DNA from: a virus | Virus record (IMG/VR): IMGVR_UViG_3300009151_009555 | Direction: 5' to 3' (one strand) | DNA: 64,000 nt | Shown: piece after piece, positions 37,499 to 45,473 of the stretch | Layout of the letters: each line of letters begins with the position of its first letter | How positions within the stretch are numbered: position 1 is the first letter of the stretch | The notes under the pieces: model-generated | What the model was told of the DNA's origin: nothing | The model's input: only the letters and a program-made list of their open reading frames with translations | The model's database searches: none | Program-made: the position numbers and the translations under genes

Positions 37499-38103
37499 AC
37501 ACCAATCTCTTCAAGCTTACTTACTCTGTTTTGAGTTTTTGTTTTCCATACAGGACAACTTTTGATGTTTGTCATGTTGTATATTCTGAAGGCTTTGGCA
37601 ACATAGTTGTATTCATTACCTAAAGGTCTGTCTGACTTACCAAGAAATCTTTCTCCATAGAAGTAGTAGTATATGCCTTCTTCGAGCTCGCACGTTATGT
37701 AGTATGATACGGTTGCTTGAAATACTTTTTCAAAATCGAAGCTCAAATCATTATCAGCTGCGAATATTCCAACGATTGGAAATATACAAAGTACGACAAA
37801 CACTACCCATATAAGTATATTTAGATCGTTATATGAATATGATATTATCTTTCCGTTTTTTATCTGAGGTACTTTATCAAATGTCTGTACCTCATATGTA
37901 AACTGACTATTGGATATATCCTGTGTTACATAGAAGTATTGTCCATCTTTCTGATATTGATAGTCAATCTTGTCTTCGTTTCTGATATCTTTTAGACTGT
38001 TCAAAAATGGTGCTACGACTGCAATCAATATACAAGCAATAGTCTTTATGAGGTTTGTTCTTAAAAGATTGAATGTGTAAAGAAGTGCGAATGGCATTTT
38101 CAT
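37495..38103 (-). CDS. membrane protein; paralog of 15735..16313 (ends ...VSKLEEIGV)
   Basis: See the paralog description at 15735..16313. Confidence 0.5.
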   Translation of the reverse strand: MKMPFALLYTFNLLRTNLIKTIACILIAVVAPFLNSLKDIRNEDKIDYQYQKDGQYFYVTQDISNSQFTYEVQTFDKVPQIKNGKIISYSYNDLNILIWVVFVVLCIFPIVGIFAADNDLSFDFEKVFQATVSYYITCELEEGIYYYFYGERFLGKSDRPLGNEYNYVAKAFRIYNMTNIKSCPVWKTKTQNRVSKLEEIGV

Positions 38104-38122
38104 ATTATTTAACTTTAGAATC

Positions 38123-38665
38123 TTACCAAGTAAGACGGTTGTGTTTAAAAAAATCTTTATGAATGGTTCCGTTGTCGACTAATGTGAATAACATGTTTCC
38201 CAATGCTTTAGCTTTCATGTCGAACTCTTCAAAAGTTCCGTTATTGGTTATAACCATATCGGCGGCACTCATAGTTATTTTGTTAGTGTTTTCTTCTGTC
38301 CCTAAACGCTTAGACGCGTCTACCCATATGATTACATCGAATAAGTCTTTTGATGCCTTAAACTCTTCCAAATCACGCATACCAACATAGCAGTCGTATC
38401 CTTTCAGGATGTCTTTTGCCAAACGAGCACGGTCGTTTTTGTTGTAGCCACAAATCATTTTATACCATAGTGTTCTATGATTCACTCTGTCTTCAAAACA
38501 TTGTTCCATAGTCGAATAACCAAACTCTTCTGCAATCTCGTCGAAGATGAATATCTCCATGGCCATTTCGGACGAAGATTTGAACGTCATTCCAAAATGT
38601 TCGTTAAGACGCTCTGCCAATGTATCTTTCCCATTGCGAGCCGTTCCCAGAATTAAAATCTTCAT
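38123..38665 (-). CDS. deoxynucleoside monophosphate kinase (T4 gp1-like)
   Basis: P-loop ILGTARNGKDT and C-terminal MVITNNGTFEEF. These resemble my recollection of T4 dNMP kinase (FLSGVKRSGKDT ... LVITNDGSLEELF). Confidence 0.55.
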   Translation of the reverse strand: MKILILGTARNGKDTLAERLNEHFGMTFKSSSEMAMEIFIFDEIAEEFGYSTMEQCFEDRVNHRTLWYKMICGYNKNDRARLAKDILKGYDCYVGMRDLEEFKASKDLFDVIIWVDASKRLGTEENTNKITMSAADMVITNNGTFEEFDMKAKALGNMLFTLVDNGTIHKDFFKHNRLTW

Positions 38666-39028
38666 TTAGTCTTTATTAAAGTATTTGTCTACTTGAACTG
38701 CGGCAATTGCAAGTAAAATTGAGAATCCTAATGCACCTAATATCCAAATAGGACTATCGGTTAGTGCTGCCATAATACCTGGTACAATGATTGTTGTGAG
38801 CCAAGCGGCAATAAGAATAGGAGTAGTTGCTTTCTTTTTAGCAATTTTATTCTTTCTTTCGGACCAAACTAATCTTTCAAGTGCGTCTTCCATGTCTTTT
38901 CCGTATGCTGGAACAACATGAGTAGTACCATCCAATTCTTGGATAGTTACACTATATTTAAAATAACCTGGGTGGTCTTTACTTTCTCTGATTAATGTAC
39001 AATCAATCGCTTTTCTTCTTGTTTTCAT
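38666..39028 (-). CDS. membrane protein with two C-terminal TM helices, 120 aa
   Basis: ORF track. Hydrophobic C-terminus. Confidence 0.45.
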   Translation of the reverse strand: MKTRRKAIDCTLIRESKDHPGYFKYSVTIQELDGTTHVVPAYGKDMEDALERLVWSERKNKIAKKKATTPILIAAWLTTIIVPGIMAALTDSPIWILGALGFSILLAIAAVQVDKYFNKD

Positions 39029-39092
39029 ATCTTATTATTATACTGCAAATATATGAATAGTTTTTGAATAATATAAAAATAATATATAACAT

Positions 39093-39731
39093 ATGAAAAT
39101 ATTAAAATCATTCAAAGTTTTTGAAAGTGGTCTTCTAAGTGAGGTTCCTACTCATTTTATCCCACTCAATAGTGTTGGATACTATATAGATCCAAATGAT
39201 GGTATGACTTATGCTATGTTGAAAAATGGTGGATATGAAGACGAACCATATCCGTCAGATGAAGTTTTTGAAGAGGATGGTGAACCATGGGAAGTACTTT
39301 CCGACGAAGATAAAGCTACAGTAAACTCTGTATGGAGAAGTTGTGAGGAAGTGGTAAAGCCTTTGATAGATTGGAATCTTATAGAAGATATCAAAGATGT
39401 TGCTTTAGCAAACGAGATATTCGACAAGGGATATACTTTAAAAGTAGAGGTCAAAGAACAAGACGTTGCAGAAAACATCTATGTTGAATGGATCGCTCAT
39501 GATAAAGACGACAAACACTATTATAAATTCTTCAAACAAATTTTTAGTCAGATAGAAAACACCAATGGTGATTTTTCTTATAAGATATCGGTATATAGAA
39601 AAGGACCTGCTGGAGGATATTTACCAATACCCAAAGGATCAAAAGATGAGATAGATGTTTTAGAAATGATTGCACAGGTAAAAGGAATGAATCCTGATAA
39701 AGAGTTAAGAATATTCTATTCGAAATGGTAA
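39093..39731 (+). CDS. MK-N-terminal family protein (MKILKSFKVFESGLL)
   Basis: ORF track. Its N-terminus closely matches the minus-strand gene 45784..46326 (MRIIKSFKMFESGLP). Confidence 0.5.
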   Translation: MKILKSFKVFESGLLSEVPTHFIPLNSVGYYIDPNDGMTYAMLKNGGYEDEPYPSDEVFEEDGEPWEVLSDEDKATVNSVWRSCEEVVKPLIDWNLIEDIKDVALANEIFDKGYTLKVEVKEQDVAENIYVEWIAHDKDDKHYYKFFKQIFSQIENTNGDFSYKISVYRKGPAGGYLPIPKGSKDEIDVLEMIAQVKGMNPDKELRIFYSKW

Positions 39732-39934
39732 AGAGATTGGATCTTCATGGAATAAAGCACGTCGATGTAGAAGTGTTAGTAGAGGACTTCGTTCTCTCTG
39801 CCAAGCCTACGTGTTATATAGTCACTGGAAACTCCACCACAATGAAGAAGAAATCGATAGAGATTTTAGAAAGACACGGATTCAAATGGATGATAATGTC
39901 TCACAACCTTGGGGAAATCATAATAACAGGATGA
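39725..39934 (+). CDS. Smr-domain protein, 69 aa
   Basis: LDLHGIKHVDVEVLVEDFV...YIVTGNSTT...ILERHG matches the Smr (small MutS-related) pattern. Confidence 0.55.
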   Translation: MVKRLDLHGIKHVDVEVLVEDFVLSAKPTCYIVTGNSTTMKKKSIEILERHGFKWMIMSHNLGEIIITG

Positions 39935-40626
39935 AGACAATTTTATTTTTAATACTATTACCATTTAGTATTTTTTCACAACAGGATACAATAAGAGATA
40001 CGGTTAAGGTTTCTTTGGACAACAATATAAACGGTGCTTATACAAAGTACAACAATAGTAATATTGTAAACATTGGATTTGTTGGAGACAACTCTTTATC
40101 TTATAAGAAATTTAAATTGACCACTACTAGCAACTATGCACTTTCTTTTAAAAACATAATAACTGCCAATGAGTTTGTTGAGAAGACTAATGTTGGATAT
40201 GGAAACGCATTTCTTTCACACATCTACACAAATTCTTTTGTTAGATCAATAAAGAACGACAACTCATTTGGTATTGGATACGGACATAAGTTTAAAATAT
40301 CAAAAGTTGATTTAGGATTATCCTACGCAATTCTTTATCAAAGAACATCATATCTAAATAATACTTATATTGAGGTTGAAAGAAGTTCTTTTAGAGGAAA
40401 GATAAAGTATAATGGTAATCTTGTTGGATTTTCTACTGAGATGTACTATCAACCAAGTTTTAAGTCGATGAAAAACTATATCATTTATGGAAACGTGAAG
40501 TTAGTTTTTCTACCAAAGAAAAAGCTAAACTTTATTTTACAAGATGCAATCAACTATATAAGTACAAGCAAGGTTAAAATGCTTCATAACCTCGCGTTTG
40601 GAGTTGGATATACTTTTAAGAATTGA
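39931..40626 (+). CDS. secreted outer-membrane beta-barrel-like protein
   Basis: ORF 39811..40626 trimmed to the ATG at 39931. Signal peptide MKTILFLILLPFSIFSQQD, then alternating hydrophobic and polar strands with many G/Y/N, ending GVGYTFKN. Confidence 0.4.
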   Translation: MKTILFLILLPFSIFSQQDTIRDTVKVSLDNNINGAYTKYNNSNIVNIGFVGDNSLSYKKFKLTTTSNYALSFKNIITANEFVEKTNVGYGNAFLSHIYTNSFVRSIKNDNSFGIGYGHKFKISKVDLGLSYAILYQRTSYLNNTYIEVERSSFRGKIKYNGNLVGFSTEMYYQPSFKSMKNYIIYGNVKLVFLPKKKLNFILQDAINYISTSKVKMLHNLAFGVGYTFKN

Positions 40627-41256
40627 TTAGTGATTACTCTTTTCTTTACTATCTAAAGAAAAGAATTCGTCGTTTACTATAGGGCTTTCTTTTGTAGTCT
40701 CTGTAGTTTTCTTTGGAGTTTCTTTCCCTTTTTTCTTAACAAGCTTTAGATATATGCAGCTAATTTCTTCAAAAGAAAGGTTAGATTTCTTACCATTTAT
40801 GTCTATAGTACATGCGACTACATTTCCTTCGATATATCCTTTTTCTGAATCGATTCTATCAAAACTTCTTGCGTTTGGACCATCTTCTGTAAAAATTTTG
40901 TTTGTATAGTAACATGTTTTATATTCTAACATTCTTCTAACATACTCAAAGCTTAAGTTGAATTGAAGTTTTCTATCTTGGGCAGATTGGTATATGTTTA
41001 TGAGTTTTTTTGCAACTTCTACATCACTTATACAAGATTGTCTTATTTGTTGAGTTATTTGTGGTTTTTGCTCTATTGTTTGTACTTGTATTGGGTTTTC
41101 TACACTTTTTTCTGTTATTTGTACTTGTATTGGGTTTTCTACCTTTTTTTCTGTTATTTGTACAGGTGTTTGTTCTTTAGATATAGGAGTTTTTGTTTCT
41201 TTTCGAACTGTTCTAGCTTTTCTTTTAGGCTTTAGTTCTTGTTCTTTTTCTTCCAT
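40627..41256 (-). CDS. protein with N-terminal tandem repeat (PIQVQITEKSVEN x2) and a C-terminal basic region
   Basis: A nucleotide tandem repeat of about 39 nt x2 lies at 41070..41170. The C-terminal segment FDRIDSEKGYIEGNVVACTIDINGKKS has a weak HNH/His-Me-like flavour. Confidence 0.4.
   Translation of the reverse strand: MEEKEQELKPKRKARTVRKETKTPISKEQTPVQITEKKVENPIQVQITEKSVENPIQVQTIEQKPQITQQIRQSCISDVEVAKKLINIYQSAQDRKLQFNLSFEYVRRMLEYKTCYYTNKIFTEDGPNARSFDRIDSEKGYIEGNVVACTIDINGKKSNLSFEEISCIYLKLVKKKGKETPKKTTETTKESPIVNDEFFSLDSKEKSNH
41070..41170. repeat. tandem direct repeat of about 39 nt x2 inside gene 40627..41256
   Basis: TTTTCTGTTATTTGTACTTGTATTGGGTTTTCTAC occurs twice in tandem, encoding PIQVQITEKSVEN repeats. 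Confidence 0.6.
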
Positions 41257-41303
41257 TTATGTGTGTTATGTTTGGAAGTTATATGGTAAATATTTCAAAT
41301 AGT

Positions 41304-41549
41304 TTAAACTAATGATATGAAGTTCAAAGCTTGACTTTCTAAAACAAAATGAGGTATATTTTCTTTATACCAAAAGTTACATACATAAACTTTTCCACCA
41401 TTGGTGTCGTTTGTTATCTCAACTACATCAAAAGTACTAGAGTCTGAATTAAATCCAAATCTTATTCTTTTAGGTTTTGTAGTTACGGTTCCTATTTTTT
41501 GCATAATGGTTACATCACTACCACTATATTGTATGTTTAGATTTGACAT
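41304..41549 (-). CDS. hypothetical protein, 81 aa
   Basis: ORF track. Confidence 0.4.
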   Translation of the reverse strand: MSNLNIQYSGSDVTIMQKIGTVTTKPKRIRFGFNSDSSTFDVVEITNDTNGGKVYVCNFWYKENIPHFVLESQALNFISLV

Positions 41550-41550
41550 T

Positions 41551-41751
41551 TCATGTATTTTTTATTTTATCTGCAATACTTTTGGTGTACAGTTCTTCTA
41601 GATCTGCTTCCAATTCTTTATCGGAAATTTTTCTATTTCGAACAGCATCATGCCATTCATTTGATTCAAATCTTTTATATACAGAATATTTACCATTATC
41701 TTCTACATAGATAATAGTGTATTTCATTTCTATAGATTTTACTATATTCAT
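41551..41751 (-). CDS. hypothetical protein, 66 aa
   Basis: ORF track. Confidence 0.4.
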   Translation of the reverse strand: MNIVKSIEMKYTIIYVEDNGKYSVYKRFESNEWHDAVRNRKISDKELEADLEELYTKSIADKIKNT

Positions 41752-42068
41752 CAGTTCATTATTATTTCTTCTAATCTAAATGCAGCATTGCAGATTATCT
41801 CTTTATTTGGATGCATATCATTTGGACATTTTAGAAGAAATTCAAACTCTTTGTTTTCTTCTAATTTTACATTCAAAAGAATCTTTGTATTCAGTGGCCA
41901 TTTTTCTTCATCTGTAGAAGATTCAATCTTCAAATCGACCAAGAAGGGATGGCGGTGTAAACTCCATTCTATTTCATCCACTACTACAACTACATATTCA
42001 TGTACTTTGCTTTTGGACAATCTAAATTTTATTTTTGTTCCTACTTTAAATTCTGAAAAGTCTACCAT
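41751..42068 (-). CDS. hypothetical protein, 105 aa
   Basis: ORF track. Confidence 0.45.
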   Translation of the reverse strand: MVDFSEFKVGTKIKFRLSKSKVHEYVVVVVDEIEWSLHRHPFLVDLKIESSTDEEKWPLNTKILLNVKLEENKEFEFLLKCPNDMHPNKEIICNAAFRLEEIIMN

Positions 42069-42425
42069 AATATTTATTTTTTAAATATAATAACAATCTA
42101 TATATTAAAATATGAATTTTGTTTATTTTTTAAAAAGTTTTATTTTTCAATATAAATTCAAAAAAAGTTATTATATTTGTAAAAATATTCAAAAGGGAGA
42201 AAACTTTTTTAATATATAAGAATATAAATAAAGTCAAAAAGATTTGGTGGAATGAAAAACTCTACATATCTTTGTAAAAGAATTAAAAACAACAATTAAA
42301 AAACTAAATAAAATGAGAACAATTATCAACATAGAAGCGATAGGATATGCATATGAGGCGGGGAGCCTTGTAAGTAGACTGTCTTTGTCTGTTGAGTAGT
42401 TTTCAAGATTACGAAATTCGATAAA

Positions 42426-42453
42426 CCCAGTCTCAAAAAGACTGGGTTTTTTT
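42426..42453 (+). terminator. terminator CCCAGTCT-CAAAA-AGACTGGG plus T7, just upstream of the tRNA array
   Basis: 8-bp perfect stem plus T-run. No protein gene ends here, so it may terminate a small RNA. Confidence 0.45.
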
Positions 42454-42463
42454 GTTTATATAT

Positions 42464-42537
42464 GGTCCGTTAGTGAAGTGGTTTAACACGTCTCACTTTC
42501 TATGAGAAGATCATGGGTTCGAATCCCATACGGACTA
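42464..42537 (+). tRNA. tRNA with anticodon TTC (Glu-like), atypical U at position 37
   Basis: Acceptor GGTCCGT/ACGGACT (G1-U72), anticodon stem TCTCA/TGAGA, loop CTTTCTA, T-arm ATGGG-TTCGAAT-CCCAT. No CCA encoded. Confidence 0.65.
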
Positions 42538-42545
42538 CAAAATAT

Positions 42546-42628
42546 TGGAAGGTGGCCGAGTGGTTAAAGGCGGCAGACTGTAAATCTGCTCTCGCAAGAG
42601 TACGGGGGTTCGAATCCCTCCCTTCCAA
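42546..42628 (+). tRNA. tRNA-Tyr (GTA), class II with long variable arm (bacterial type)
   Basis: TGGAAGG acceptor, GGCCGAGTGGTTAAAGGC D-arm, GCAGA-CTGTAAA-TCTGC anticodon arm, 13-nt variable arm, T-arm GGGGG-TTCGAAT-CCCTC. Confidence 0.85.
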
Positions 42629-42675
42629 CAACCAGGTTCTGGTAATCTATTAAGTTAGTTTAACAGAATCAAAAT

Positions 42676-42747
42676 GGTCCATTCGTCTAGTGGTAAGGAC
42701 GTTAGGTTTTCAACCTAGAGACAGGGGTTCAATTCCCCTATGGACTG
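42676..42747 (+). tRNA. tRNA-Glu (TTC)
   Basis: GGTCCAT acceptor, D-arm GTCTAGTGGTAAGGAC, loop TTTTCAA, T-arm AGGGG-TTCAATT-CCCCT. 72 nt. Confidence 0.85.
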
Positions 42748-42753
42748 CAATAT

Positions 42754-42820
42754 GCCGGTGAACGGGTGGAAGCCAGGTCTGTAAAACCTTTGCTCGTGGG
42801 TTCGATACCCACCAACGGCA
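42754..42820 (+). tRNA. degenerate, short tRNA-like sequence (67 nt; GTA anticodon loop, Tyr-like); possible tRNA pseudogene
   Basis: Good T-arm GTGGG-TTCGATA-CCCAC. The acceptor GCCGGTG/CAACGGC has a G-A mismatch, the D-arm cannot be folded canonically, and the anticodon stem has 4 bp. Confidence 0.35.
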
Positions 42821-42825
42821 CATAT

Positions 42826-42899
42826 TGGTAAGTAGCTTAGACGGTAGAAGCATGTGTCTTATACACACAAGATAGTGGGTTCGATACCCACCTTACCAA
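42826..42899 (+). tRNA. tRNA-Ile (TAT)
   Basis: Acceptor TGGTAAG/CTTACCA, D-stem GCTT/AAGC, anticodon arm TGTGT-CTTATAC-ACACA (anticodon UAU, reads AUA), T-arm GTGGG-TTCGATA-CCCAC. Confidence 0.75.
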
Positions 42900-42910
42900 C
42901 AACAAAATAT

Positions 42911-42998
42911 GCAGGTGTCGCCTAGTTGGTCGATGGCTCCGGATTTCCAATCCGGTCAGATAAGGTTCACATCGTGGGTTCGAATCCCACTACCTGCT
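42911..42998 (+). tRNA. tRNA with anticodon TCC (Gly) but a class-II-like 18-nt variable region; discriminator U
   Basis: Acceptor GCAGGTG/TACCTGC, D-arm GCCTAGTTGGTCGATGGC, anticodon arm CCGGA-TTTCCAA-TCCGG, variable region TCAGATAAGGTTCACATC, T-arm GTGGG-TTCGAAT-CCCAC. Confidence 0.65.
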
Positions 42999-43038
42999 CA
43001 AACCGAATAGAGACAAGTGCTCATTTAATATATATTAA

Positions 43039-43785
43039 ATGAAACCTTGGGATGAAAATGAATTAAGTTTGGCAATATCTATGATAGAGTCAAAAAAAAC
43101 TTATAAAGAGATAAGTGAAAAATTAAATAGAAGCGAAAGAAGTATTAGAGAAAAACTGAGAAGAAATGGATATAAATATTTTGATTTTATAGATATTTAT
43201 GAAGATTTAAAATGTATAGAGTGTGATAAAATATTTACAGATAAAAAAATAAATAATAGAAAATTCTGCACAAGATCTTGCTCGGTTAAATTTAATAATA
43301 AATTTAAAATAAAAAATGGAAATTATGCAGTTAAAAATTCAATTGAAAAGGATTGTAAATTCTGTAATAAAAAATTAGTAAATAAAGAAAGAGTTAAAAC
43401 GTTTTGTAATAAAAAGTGTCAAAAAAATTATGAAAGGAAAATAATTTATGAAAAAATAGAAAAAGGAACATATGAATATAAAAATTCTAGAAAATATAAA
43501 GATTATTTAATTGATAAATATGGTAATAAATGTATGAAATGTGAATGGTGTGAGATTAATGAAGTAACAGGTAAAGTTCCAATTCAATTAGAACATAAAG
43601 ATGGTAATTCAAATAATAACAATCTTAATAATTTAGAGTTACTTTGTCCTAATTGTCATTCTTTAACTAGCACATATGGTTACCTAAACAAGGGTAATGG
43701 TAGGGATGAACGAAAAAAATATAGAGATTATATAAAAAATCTAACATTAGATGAATTGATTGAAATGAAAATAAAAATTGGATAG
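43039..43785 (+). mobile_element. HNH homing-endonuclease gene (N-terminal HTH-like region plus C-terminal HNH motif) inserted within the tRNA cluster
   Basis: The protein has IQLEHKDGNSNNNNLNNLELLCPNCHS (HNH motif) and several C-x2-C pairs. It is extremely AT-rich even for this genome and is flanked by tRNAs on both sides. Confidence 0.75.
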
Positions 43786-43847
43786 AATATAAAAAGACTT
43801 GAGTTTCAAAGTACACGAAACAACGAAGGTTAGTCTTCCTTCAATTT

Positions 43848-43921
43848 GGGGCTATGGTGACAACTGGCTAACACACCGCACTTGCAATGCGGAGATGGGG
43901 TATCGTACACCCCTAGCTCCA
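43848..43921 (+). tRNA. probable tRNA-Ala (TGC) with G3-U70 and an atypical T-loop (ATCGTAC)
   Basis: Acceptor GGGGCTA/TAGCTCC with a G3-T70 wobble, anticodon arm CCGCA-CTTGCAA-TGCGG, T-stem GGGGT/ACCCC. The T-loop has A54/T58 instead of T54/A58. Confidence 0.55.
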
Positions 43922-43947
43922 CAAAATTAAAAAAAATAAAAAGCAAT

Positions 43948-44241
43948 ATGAAAAAAGAATTTGATGAGAGTAAAGAAATTTTACTTAAAACATTAAATAA
44001 ATTACCAAAAGTAGATGGATATTTAGGTTATCTAGTTAATAAACATAATAATAATGTTGTATCTTTGTTTGAAGATAAAGAAGATACTATTATGTATCAT
44101 CAGTTAATGTTGTTGGTTATTGAAAAATATGAGTTTGATTGTGGTAATTATACAACTAATGGGATGACATATAAATTAAATAAAGATTGGGATGAAATAG
44201 TGATAGAATATGGTGGTTCATTATTACTACCATTTTTATAA
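43948..44241 (+). CDS. hypothetical protein, 97 aa (MKKEFDESKEILLK...)
   Basis: ORF 43882..44241 trimmed so it does not run through the tRNA. Its start lies inside a 29-nt cassette AAAAAAAATAAAAAGCAATATGAAAAAA that is repeated at 44243. Confidence 0.4.
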   Translation: MKKEFDESKEILLKTLNKLPKVDGYLGYLVNKHNNNVVSLFEDKEDTIMYHQLMLLVIEKYEFDCGNYTTNGMTYKLNKDWDEIVIEYGGSLLLPFL

Positions 44242-44262
44242 ATAAAAAAAATAAAAAGCAAT

Positions 44263-44406
44263 ATGAAAAAAAGTAAAGAAGTATTAACAGGAAGTTTTGA
44301 ATCATCAAAAGAAAAAATGAGAAGAGATACAAATGATCATGTATTTAAGTTTATAACAAAGATGATAAAACGAAAAGGGAAAAAAAAATTAAAAACTAAT
44401 GTATAA
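44263..44406 (+). CDS. possible small basic protein, 47 aa
   Basis: Starts in the second copy of the 29-nt cassette. Below the ORF-track cutoff. Confidence 0.25.
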   Translation: MKKSKEVLTGSFESSKEKMRRDTNDHVFKFITKMIKRKGKKKLKTNV

Positions 44407-44674
44407 ATTAACTAATGGTATGTGGATTCAAATTGTATTTTGTAAACCACCTAAAGAAACAGAAGAAGAAAAAATTGTTTTAGAATACACCGAAATGTTA
44501 AACTTATCAAAAGGTTGGTCAGTTATTACAGCTTATAAAGTAGAAAGTGAAAATTTCCCAACTGATAAGTGGGGTGTTGTTTTATTACGTGATGATAAAG
44601 AAATGGCTGAACATCATTTAAAACTTGCTGAGAAATCTAAACAATGTTTTGAGTTGATGAAATTGCGAGAATAG
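44399..44674 (+). CDS. hypothetical protein, 91 aa
   Basis: ORF track. Its stop overlaps the first 10 nt of tRNA-Gly. Confidence 0.4.
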   Translation: MYKLTNGMWIQIVFCKPPKETEEEKIVLEYTEMLNLSKGWSVITAYKVESENFPTDKWGVVLLRDDKEMAEHHLKLAEKSKQCFELMKLRE

Positions 44675-44736
44675 CTCAGTGGTAGAGCATCTGGTTGCCA
44701 ATCAGAAGGTCGCGGGTTCAAGCCCCGTTTCTCGCT
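44665..44736 (+). tRNA. tRNA-Gly (GCC)
   Basis: GCGAGAA/TTCTCGC acceptor, D-arm GCTCAGTGGTAGAGC, loop TTGCCAA, T-arm GCGGG-TTCAAGC-CCCGT, discriminator U. Confidence 0.9.
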
Positions 44737-44740
44737 CAAA

Positions 44741-44814
44741 GGGGAATTAGCTCAGTTGGCTAGAGCGCTTGCCTGGCAGGCAAGAGGTGACCGGTTCAAT
44801 CCCGGTATTCTCCA
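44741..44814 (+). tRNA. tRNA-Ala (GGC) with G3-U70
   Basis: GGGGAAT/ATTCTCC acceptor with a G3-T70 wobble, D-arm GCTCAGTTGGCTAGAGC, anticodon arm CTTGC-CTGGCAG-GCAAG, T-arm ACCGG-TTCAATC-CCGGT. Confidence 0.9.
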
Positions 44815-44891
44815 CAAAATATTAGGTGGCTTAGAAAACCTTCCTTATATTTGTATAAGTAATAACAACTATCATTTTTCTTTGTCAAAAG

Positions 44892-45413
44892 GTGGAGAAA
44901 AAATTTCAAAGAAATTTGAAAAAAAAAGAAAAATGTAGTATGAAAACAAACAAAGACCAATTTGGTGACCGTATGAAAATGTTCGCTCTGAAAGGAATCA
45001 AAAAAGAAACTAAAAAAATAATTATGAAATTAAATGAAATTTTATCCTCAAGTGAGGAATTGACAAGAGTTTACTCAACAAATAATTACGATCTATTTGG
45101 ATTTATTGATGGTAATAGAAATGTAAATAACTCAAATCTTAAAAAGATTAAAGAGTCTATGAGTAAAAAACATTTTATATCTAAGACTATGAAATTTGAT
45201 AATGAATTAATTAAGGATTTTATTATTGAGAAAGATCCTACCGTAAAAAGAAAAAATATCATTTTTGAAAATGTTTATATTTCAGGAGAATTAATAATGG
45301 CTCCTTACAGAGAACTTATTTGGTCTAATAAATTTAGTGTTAAGTTAGAAGACTACGAACTTAGACTAAAAGAAAAGTCGAGAGATAATAAACTTAATGA
45401 ATTGGGAATATAG
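44892..45413 (+). CDS. plus-strand member of the C-terminal-tag family (...RDNKLNELGI); start uncertain (alternative ATG at 44940)
   Basis: ORF track. Followed by the terminator GAGGTTT-T-AAACCTC plus T8 at 45414..45442. Confidence 0.45.
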   Translation: MEKKFQRNLKKKEKCSMKTNKDQFGDRMKMFALKGIKKETKKIIMKLNEILSSSEELTRVYSTNNYDLFGFIDGNRNVNNSNLKKIKESMSKKHFISKTMKFDNELIKDFIIEKDPTVKRKNIIFENVYISGELIMAPYRELIWSNKFSVKLEDYELRLKEKSRDNKLNELGI

Positions 45414-45473
45414 AAAAAAGAGGTTTTAAACCTCTTTTTTTGTTTTTGGGAAGTTTTTTCTCACAGAGAACTT

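Noticed and set aside
43882-43947. N-terminal extension of ORF 43882..44241 (MQCGDGVSYTPSS...)
   Set aside because: It overlaps the tRNA-Ala(TGC) candidate. The start was moved to the ATG at 43948, inside the repeated start cassette.
44756-44938. 60-aa ORF MARALAWQARGDRF...
   Set aside because: It is translated straight through tRNA-Ala(GGC). The Ala/Arg/Trp-rich composition reflects the GC-rich tRNA sequence, not coding.
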